Below are positions 11,734 through 20,900 of a DNA stretch of 64,000 bases, in pieces. A model generated the notes under the pieces. That model was not told the DNA's origin, searched no databases, and saw only the letters and a program-made list of their open reading frames with translations. The position numbers and the translations under genes are program-made. Source of the stretch: Antedon mediterranea (lineage: Eukaryota; Animalia; Echinodermata); contig NC_092673.1 of the NCBI RefSeq assembly GCF_964355755.1, forward strand, positions 6,200,001 to 6,264,000, written 5' to 3'. The stretch's first letter is position 1. Each line of letters starts with the position of its first letter.

Positions 11734-12025
11734 GAAAGAAGTACTAGTTAAAAGTACAGTGAAATTAACTATGAAACAGGCAAGTTAACTAAGCAATATG
11801 ATTGGTTTCAATAACCAATTCCTTAATATTGCAGAATTAGAAGTAACTCAAGTTTCAAATGATTTTTACTTCACTCTGATGTCAGGAAGAAGTGGGTAAA
11901 ACTTGCCTCATCAATGCCTTACTTGGAAAGAAGTAAGTACTAGTTAAAAGTACAGTGAAATTAACTATGAAACATGCAAGTTAACAAAGCATTATGATTG
12001 GTTTCAATAACCAATTCCTTAATAT

Positions 12026-12621
12026 TGTAATATAATGATATCCTTTTATAATTAAGAAATTAACCTTTGTATCAGAATTCAAATAAGTTCACGAAATTGG
12101 CCCAGAAAGTCCAGAGGAGAGTTTGTCCAGATGTTTTAATGACCATTTAGTTTATAATCGAATCCCTAAAGAATAACTTTGTGACTTTTCTCACCGTTAA
12201 ATCAGGAGAGATTGACACTATTTAAGTACAGATTTGACAGTGTTATCCATCATTGAAATACCTTATTATACCGTTAATCACTTCTACTTAAACACCCCTG
12301 GACCAACTTAGGACCAATCGTTACCCTCACAGATGACGTAGTGACATATGCAAATGAACCGAAGCCAATATACCCCCAAGTTTCAGAAGAGCCCAGACAC
12401 ACCTTAAAGCCACCTCACGGAGCACACACCTCACAGCCACTTCTTCAGAAGCAGACCAACACACTTCACACCTCACCGACAGCATCACTGTATACTCTGT
12501 TCCTGTTTCTATATTGTATTGAGTATATAACGTATTATTGAATAAACAATGTGTTACTACAGTTTCAAGCGAGTAAGAGTCTTCATTAGAAGTCAGTACC
12601 TCAACATAACACTATATTACA
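12026..12621 (+). mobile_element. Solo LTR (596 bp), Gypsy-like
   Basis: Ends are TGTAATATA...TATATTACA (9-bp perfect inverted termini, TG...CA). A 4-bp TSD ATAT lies at 12022-12025 and 12622-12625, and the empty site CCTTAATATTGCAG is seen in sibling units. AATAAA at 12541 orients it +. Confidence 0.9.
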
Positions 12622-12779
12622 ATATTGCAGAATTAGAAGTAACTCAAGTTCACTATTGGTTTCAAATGATTTTCACTTCAGATTTAGGCAACCATGAACA
12701 CGGGACATAGTAGTGAATCTGTAGCTCTTCGAACGATACCGGTACTTGTATGTAAAGGTCAGAAGTGAATTAAAATAAA

Positions 12780-13503
12780 CGCTCTCCTTGATTGGCATGG
12801 TGTCAATAGCTGCGTTTTCACCAGGCGCCTTGTTCAATTCCACATGACATTTACGCCGATAGGGGGGTGGTGTGGGGGGAAATGTAATGACGATCCAATC
12901 ATCGGTGTTGTTTGGACAGAGGCCACTGCTGGACAGACCGCTGAGGATGTAGCGAGTACATACACAAAATACATGAACAGCACTATGTTTAGGGACAGGA
13001 AACGATTCATATTCTATGTGGATAATTGTAGCGGCCAAAACAAAAACTGGACACTTTATACAGCAATGGTTGCTGAAGTAAACAAGTTGGAAGGGCCGCA
13101 AGAATCTATTTTCCGGTATCTCAAACCAGGTCATACCTTTATGTCTGCCGACTCATTCCATGCACAGATTGAAAAAACCATGAGGGAAAGGAAACATGCG
13201 TACGATGCAGATGACTTCACTTCAGTTGTAAACTCTAAAGGATCTGCTTTGGAAATATCACCAGCTGATTTCATCTTGTATGAAAATGGGATGAGCCAAG
13301 GCAAATACACTAACAAGCCATTGCTGTTTGACGTACAAGAAGTACGGTTCATTAAAGAATCCACACTGTTGTTTTGGAAAACTTCAATAGACAATGATGA
13401 ACACAGTTCATGTGACTTTTTAAAGAAGAAAATGGCAGAAAAAATTATGCGTTACGGACATGAGGTCCTGCGATATGCTCCCCCCTGTATTACAAACCCT
13501 TGA
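12780..13503 (+). mobile_element. DDE transposase fragment, Sola1-like (DNCxGQNKN / GHTFMxxD family)
   Basis: Reads FTRRLVQFHMTF, W.E..AG..AEDVAS, FYVDNCSGQNKNW, YLKPGHTFMSADSFHAQIEK. N- and C-termini are missing. Confidence 0.7.
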
Positions 13504-13840
13504 AAACTTTGAGATCTAATCATTGGCTTGAAATTCTGAAATTTAAATAATTAACTAACATATACCTGATCTAATTTTACCTTTTTTGTCTCATGTGCAA
13601 TAGGTACTCTCAATCTAATGAATTTTAATCACTTTTTTGCTGTTGTTGATTTTCCCTTTTTTTGTATGACTATTTCGTGTTTGTTTTTTGTATAAATTTG
13701 TATTACTTAATGTATTGAATTTTTCTATGTTAATGTTTTGATGTTTTTGTGTATTTTTTATACAGTTTTTATGTAAATGCAATACTTTCAGCTTCTGCTG
13801 CTTTTTGTATATATGTTTTTTATACCGAAATAAATAAATA

Positions 13841-13925
13841 AATTTACTGGAAAAGGGTTGTGCTGAGCCTGTACCGATTGAAGACTTGCATAATAGAGAT
13901 GGCTACGAATGGTACCTTACTCAAG
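13841..13925 (+). mobile_element. BEL/Pao LTR-retrotransposon pol micro-fragment
   Basis: NLLEKGCAEPVPIEDLHNRDGYEWYLTQ matches the LL.KGYAE.VP......G..WYLPH motif that precedes the BEL RT. Confidence 0.6.
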
Positions 13926-14574
13926 CAAGATTCAATGCATATTTTTTTATGTACATTAAAATGTACAATTTATGGTATTCAAATTGAACTTGCTAAGCCT
14001 TGTTCATAGTGTGAAGATGCTCTAAAAGCTGTAATTATGAGATGTACAGTTGACAATTACGCATCTGAGTGGTATTACCGACTTCGCAAAAAAATGATTA
14101 CACGACAGTTGGCACAAGCGATTAAAAATGTGAACATTCAACATTCAAGAAATCTATATCTATCTACATTATTACATTTTATAGCAAGTCCATGTTTGTA
14201 CAAAGCAGCAAAACCCTGTTTTATTTTTTCCCCTATTTTGCTTCCAACATTTAAAACGGATGGGTTCCCTTGATAATGCCTTTGTTTAAAATAATATCTT
14301 CTACAGATTTTATACATTTGAATTTATATTAAGATGAGCAACTTTGGGATGCTCGCGTACCTTCTAGTTGTTTAAAATAAACTATATTGTATAAAATGAA
14401 TCATATTACATCCTTACAATTAGTATTTTGGCATAGTACTGTATCAAATAAAACAAAAATTTAAAAATTAATATACCTTGGAATTAAACCTTCAACACAC
14501 CGTAAAACCATGAAAAAAGCACCATTTTTGAGGTAGCAAAACTAATCTAGAAAACTGCAGAAAACAACTACGGT

Positions 14575-14690
14575 AGGGGACACTTTCCAGAGAAAAGAAT
14601 GCAGGGCAATATATGTTTAAACTTATTACCCTTAGTAAGGGGACATTTTTTGGGGTTCCTAAGGTGTCCTCTTAAAAGGGGTTCCTACAG
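14575..14690. mobile_element. Degenerate Tc1/pogo-type MITE end
   Basis: GGGGACAC...AAGGGGACAT...TAAGGTGTCCTCTTAAAAGGGGTTCCTAC resembles the element at 52070-52220. Confidence 0.35.
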
Positions 14691-14887
14691 ATTTGTTTTG
14701 CCATATACCAGTCAACCATGCGAACCATATAGATAACTATCAAACAGACTAAAATTGCTGCTACTCGGTGGCGTTTGTAGAAGTCAGTCAGACGAAACCA
14801 TTCTCACTATTTGGTGGCGCCAAACATGTAGACTTCATTCTCTTACCTGCACTATATAATTATAATTATTTAAAATCGTTGTTTTGA

Positions 14888-14920
14888 TTAGATATTTAGA
14901 CCCATCATCTTCTGAGTTAT
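14888..14920 (-). CDS. AFMID: AFMID exon 11 (ITQKMMGLNI*)
   Basis: Acceptor TATTTTTCAG, phase 0, ends in TAA. Confidence 0.75.
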   Translation of the reverse strand: MTQKMMGLNI

Positions 14921-17900
14921 CTGAAAAATAAGTGTTTAATATGAAATTAAAATGGTAGGTGAAATGTAAAAATCTTCCATCAATCGATATTTTTGGCTAG
15001 CATTCCTTTGGAAGATGGTTTTACCATAAAGGCCAATATACACAGACAAAACAGTAAGCAATAGGGAAAATCTTGTGGCTTGTCCCATTAACACAGCGTA
15101 CGGAATTTGTTAATGGTGTGGTGGACAGTGGGTGCTTATAGGCCTACTATGGCACTTGCATTATTGACACATAAATCAAATCATGTCATTGAATCTCCGC
15201 TCAACTGCCCGTCTGTGTTCAGTGTAAATAGATTCTATATTTTTCTGCTCATCAAGACAATCTCAATTTTATTTTATTATCAATAGATTCAAGGTTATGC
15301 ATAATACATTAAAACATAAAAAGATGTGATTAAAATAGATGAAAAGAATGCTTAAAAACAAGAATGTTTAATATTTGATATACCACCTATTGTTTATTTG
15401 TCATGAAAACCAATACAATATGATTAAGGTCTGTCTAAATAATAATGTAAAATTGTGATATATATTGGTGATATTGAGTGGTGTTTTTGTATACCTTTAT
15501 TACTTGTATAAATTGCAGATTCATATCTTACTTGTGTCAAAATATAATCGTTCTTCATTAAGTTTTCAATCAAATTAAAATGATCTACATGTGGAACTAC
15601 TCTGTACTCCGTGTTCACTCCGACCGCTTTGCAAGACTAAAATTGAAATTAAAAGATAAAAACACTTCATAATTATACAAATAATTAATGTTTATGAGTT
15701 GAATATTAAATCAGTTAAGAGAGGCTGATGCAAAGCTGGGCAAAGTTAAATAGTGTGGAATAAATATATAAAATGGGTAGTCAGGATTGAAATGAAAGGA
15801 ATATGAAGGTTCCATTGACTGTATTCATCAATTCAAATGTGTGTATTACCTAAGAAAGGTTGCCAACATTAATTTTACATGGTCCCTTTTTTCTTTACAT
15901 AATTTATAAATAATACATACCCTTGCATAGTCAGATGATTGCTGTTTAAATTCTGGTGATTCCATCTCACCAACCACAACATGCACTACTTCTACACTGC
16001 TGCAGTACTTTCCAACATCATCAACATGTGTCATAGGGCTCTCTTGCTTGGCTATGTCTCTATACAACATTTATTTTAAATCTCATTAAGCTTATGTTAT
16101 AAAATGATTAAAGTTTACTATGCATTGGTAATATTAAAAATAAGTCTTCTGTACTACTGGTTTGATGGTTTACCCAATTTATGAAAACAGTTTCCTAATT
16201 CAAGTCTCCTGGGTAAGTGACATTATATCATATATTATATATATAATTCATTAATTTGAAACGATATGACAACAATATGAGAAAATCTGTGAGAATAAGA
16301 AAAAGTCACCCCAACCGAGATTCGAACCTTGGACCTTGTGCTGGATATGCAGCTTTCCTAACACTTAGACCACTGGGGCTTTCATGGTATTGTTCAAACT
16401 CGATTGGATAACGACTCTTTAACATTTTCGGCGTGGTACGGCGGAACAGCACTAGTCCCTTAATTGTACGCACGCGCACCAGTAGATCAAATTGATACGC
16501 CCTCATCTTTCAGTATTTTATGCACACGAAGTGGGATCTCCAAAGAGATACATTTATATATATATATAAACACATCAGGCACAGAACAATTCTAAACCGT
16601 TTGATAAGAATTAATGTTCTTTGACTGTTGTGTTTATATTATATATATATATAAATTTTACCAACAGATGAAAACCAGTGGGGGCCTACGATCTCATTTA
16701 TATGAAGTTTTAGTGCTGTGTTGAAATTAAATCATATTTAAGGCCTTAAAATAGACTTTAGGATGTGTGGAAGACTTTGAAGGCAGGTATCCTTGACCAC
16801 CTCCGCCCTTTTATATTCATGGTCAATTTTTAGAGCTTCAATAATTCACAAATTGTTCCTTATAACTTACTCTGTCATGTGGACATCATTGTTGACAGAC
16901 ATTTGAAGCAGAGGCTGTAAGTCATACAGCCCACTCATTAGAACAGCACCTACAATGATAGACAACTATATTACCTTTGTATAGGAGGTTTTCATTTAGC
17001 ATCCATTCAACAATACATTTAAAACAAGAAAAAAATACAACAAATTGGGAATTAAACACGTATAAAACCAAAGTGAATGGATGCAAGGATGACTCATAAA
17101 ATCGACAAGTAAATTTATTTCCAATGGGTCCAATTTTTTCACAATAGTCTAGGAGGTTATGTTTTCACAATAGTCTAGGCGGTTATGTTTTTCTCTATAC
17201 AACATTTATTTTAAATCTCATTAAGCTTATGTTATAAAATGATTAAAGTTTACTATGCATTGGTATTGGTAATGTTAAAAAATATTCTTCTGTAGTACTG
17301 GTTTGATGGTTTACCCAATTTATGAAAACAGTTTCCTAATTCAAGTCTCCTGGGTAAGTGACATTATATCATATATTATATATATAATTCATTAAATTGA
17401 AACGATAATGATATGATAACAATATGTGGAAATCTGTGAGAATAAGAAAAAGTCACCCCAACCGAGATTCGAATTCATATTTCACAATAGTCTAGGAGGT
17501 TATGTTTTCACAATAGTCTAGGAGGTTATGTTTTCACAATAGTCTAGGAGGTTATGTTTTCACAATAGTCTAGGAGGTTATGTTTTCACAATAGTCTAGG
17601 AGGTTATGTTTTCACAATAGTCTAGGAGGTTATGTTTTCACAATAGTCTAGGAGGTTATGTTTTCACAATAGTCTAGGAGGTTATGTTTTCACAATAGTC
17701 TAGGAGGTTATGTTTTCACAATAGTCTAGGAGGTTATGTTTTCACAATAGTCTAGGAGGTTATGTTTTCACAATAGTCTAGGAGGTTATGTTTTCACAAT
17801 AGTCTAGGAGGTTATGTTTTCACAATAGTCTAGGAGGTTATGTTTTAACAATAGTCTAGGAGGTTATGTTTTAACAATAGTATAGGAGGTTATGTTTTCA

Positions 17901-20900
17901 CAATAGTCTAGGAGGTTATGTTTTAACAATAGTATAGGAGGTTATGTTTTCACAATAGTCTAGGAGTAGGAGGTTATGTTTTCACAATAGTCTAGGTGGT
18001 TATGTTTTCATAATTAGTCTAGGAGGTGAACACAATTAAAGGCAACATCTGTGCTATGCCAAGGTGGTTTTATTTTTAAATGCAGGTTTTAAAGAACTTG
18101 GTCTCCACATTTCAACCAATGTTACAATAATATTATATTATAGGTTTTTAATGATTTTTTAATTTGTGGTACAATTACACATATTTGAGTGGTTATTAGG
18201 AGAAGGATGTTGCAATCTTACCTCTTATTGGGTTTCTGGTCAGTTGAAGTTGCTGTACCCAATCAACTTCCAGTATTCTTGCAGCCAAATGACCACCAGC
18301 TGAATGCCCTGTTATATATATTCCCCTGAGTAACAAAAATTAGATTACAATAGGAAAACGTTCCATTATTACAAAAAAAAACTTGTATCAAATTACAAAT
18401 TGTAAATAAAAAATGTAGCAGTAAAAAGCATTAAAAATATATACAAAAATGGAATAAAAAATCTACAAAAATAAACATATTATATTTAATTATTCAATAG
18501 AATTATTTATGAGGCAGAAAACATGGTTTTGGGATATATTTTGAAATATTAAATTCCCAATCTTATCAAAAATTAAATATACATAATTAAAATAAATGTG
18601 TATAAAAACGAAATTTTGTAATTGTAACTCTCTGCTCTATTGTATCAAAAAAAGTATTTTGTAAACTGTATGTATGGGTCGATCCTCCAGTTTCTTTTAT
18701 TTATCCAAAACATAATGATAAAACAACAAACACCATAACATATTGGAATCTACGCTCACGTTAGCCATTCGCGTTTTCGCAAATTGCGATTGGAGTTGTC
18801 AATTTGCGAACATTTTTTTTAATCATTCGCAAAACTTTTTCCTTAAAAACTCAAAACTTCGTCCGCCTAGGCCCTACCTAGGCTTCAAATATTAAAGTTT
18901 TATGTAAACCACAACGACTTCGCCGCCGTCGCCAGCCTATAATAAGTGACAGCGATGTAGCGTTACTTACCATCAACAACGTTTTTTTCGCGTCACTCGA
19001 ATAAATTAAAACGAGTTTTCCGCTAGGAGGCCTATTTATTGTACAGGCGAATAGTTGTAAATCGCGTTATCTGTAAATGTACACGCGCCCGACTAAGGAG
19101 AATAATTGTAATTACAAACAAACAAACAAACTGCGCATGTGTACAGATGCAAATATCGCGCAATAACAAACATGCTGCATGAACATTCCGACGTCGTCGT
19201 AGTTCGTTTGTGGTGTGTGTTACGATGTTTTCATGAGTGAATAAGAAGCATACAACTCAAAAACTATTTATTATATTGTTTGTGATGAAAAACTTCATCC
19301 AGGCAGGCTGCATATGCTGATAATTGAAGCCGATCATACATGACTCGGCCGTGGCATATAGATAGTCAACTATTGAGTAGACCTCCTTGGCCGTGGCAAC
19401 TGGTATCGCGTCAGGCCGGTTAGGCTGCAGTAGATAGGCCTAACATTTTTTAATGCGGTCATATTTTATTTGTATTTTAATCACAAATTTTGAATGAATA
19501 AAAATTTAAAATTTAGCCATTTTCCTGGTTTATAAAATTCGCGAAAGAATTTGCAATTTTGCGAACAAAAATCGGCGACCGTACGCAAATTTTGCGAAAG
19601 CAAATTTGACCTTAGCGTTAGCGTAGGGAATAATGGATATTTTAAAAAGAGAGAGAACAGACAAGCAGTGCCTATCAAGTGCAACATCAGAAACAAAATA
19701 ACATACAGTAGATATCAAACAAATTATGTGAAAATTAATTAATACCAAAATGTATTAAGTATAAGTTTTACGATAACATAATAATTATAAGCATATCTGC
19801 TTTAAAAGAGATAACTAATAAATGAAACAAAAAAAAAGCACAATACAAATTAATATATATACCTTGATTTTGGAAACTTATTCAAAATAAAAGCAAATGC
19901 TGCCTTGCATTGGTTTACTATTTCCGGCATAGATACTGTTGAAATACAAAAAAAACACCACAAATTTAATAAAAGGATTCCACAACTTTGGTGAAAAACT
20001 AACATGGTAGACAATAGAGAGTGAATGCCGATACAAATATTATACCAATAGATAGTCAACCGGTCAGGGATTAAAGCAAAACCACTGTTCAAATATCATT
20101 TAGTATATAAAAATAACCTACAATATATAACATAACATTATATTATTGTTAAAGCATGGTGAAGAATGCATTCCTGCATTAATATGCTCAACACACTCAG
20201 CAATGTAAACTCAGTGGTACATGACTACGTAGGGGTCAAGGCGAATGTTCAGTGTATCGATTGGCGCATAGCTGCGTCGTGAAAACGAAACATTGGTGTT
20301 CGTTTCACCGGACCGGAACTGTGCCGGCACAGGTGTGAAATACTCTTTAATCTGTTAAATAGTTGATAATGTGATCATAAATTCACATGTACAGTCGACT
20401 CCGCCTAAGTCGAATCTAATGGGACCGGTATAAAAATTTGAGTTACGCGAACTTCGACTTACAGATTTCCCCAAAAAATGCTAGGCCTAGGCCTAGGTTC
20501 ACTTACTAGCTGCGCTATGGCTAGGCCTAGTAGTGGTGGACCCTAGCCTGTCGCGATCGCGGCCCACGCGATGAGCCTTCTTGAATTGAATTTGCTTAGC
20601 TAGCTAGCTAGGCCTAATAAATGCTAAGCCTCTTTATCGACAATGATAAACTGTATTTTTCCGAAACAATACAAAAACGTATAATAAATACATTTCGGTT
20701 CTTATTCGAAATCGGTATCCATTGTTTATTGCCATCTGTCTAGCACAAAATAGGTACCCACAAAACGCCGCTCAAGTTCTCAACTCTGAAACAACTCATA
20801 CACTATACACTAGCGCGAGTTGTAGGACGCCGCCTATACTATACAACCTGCTTGAGAGAACCGATATGGTCCCACATTTTCCCCTCTGTTGTTTGTTTAT

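Larger units (their letters stand above)
11610..12690. repeat. Two further array units plus a remnant, interrupted by the solo LTR
   Basis: Anchors GGAAGAAGTGGGTAAAAC at 11659 and 11885. Unit sequence resumes at 12622 (ATATTGCAGAATTAGAAGTAACTC). Confidence 0.9.

Noticed and set aside
5860-12690. CRISPR-like repeat-spacer array
   Set aside because: There are no unique spacers: all variable parts are copy-number changes of the same modules. No cas genes are present and the context is eukaryotic.
16306-16380. Functional tRNA gene
   Set aside because: The anticodon arm is non-canonical and the T-stem is mismatched; kept only as tRNA-like.
17480-18028. Telomeric or CRISPR repeat
   Set aside because: It is a homogeneous 26-bp minisatellite with no spacers and no TTAGGG-type unit.
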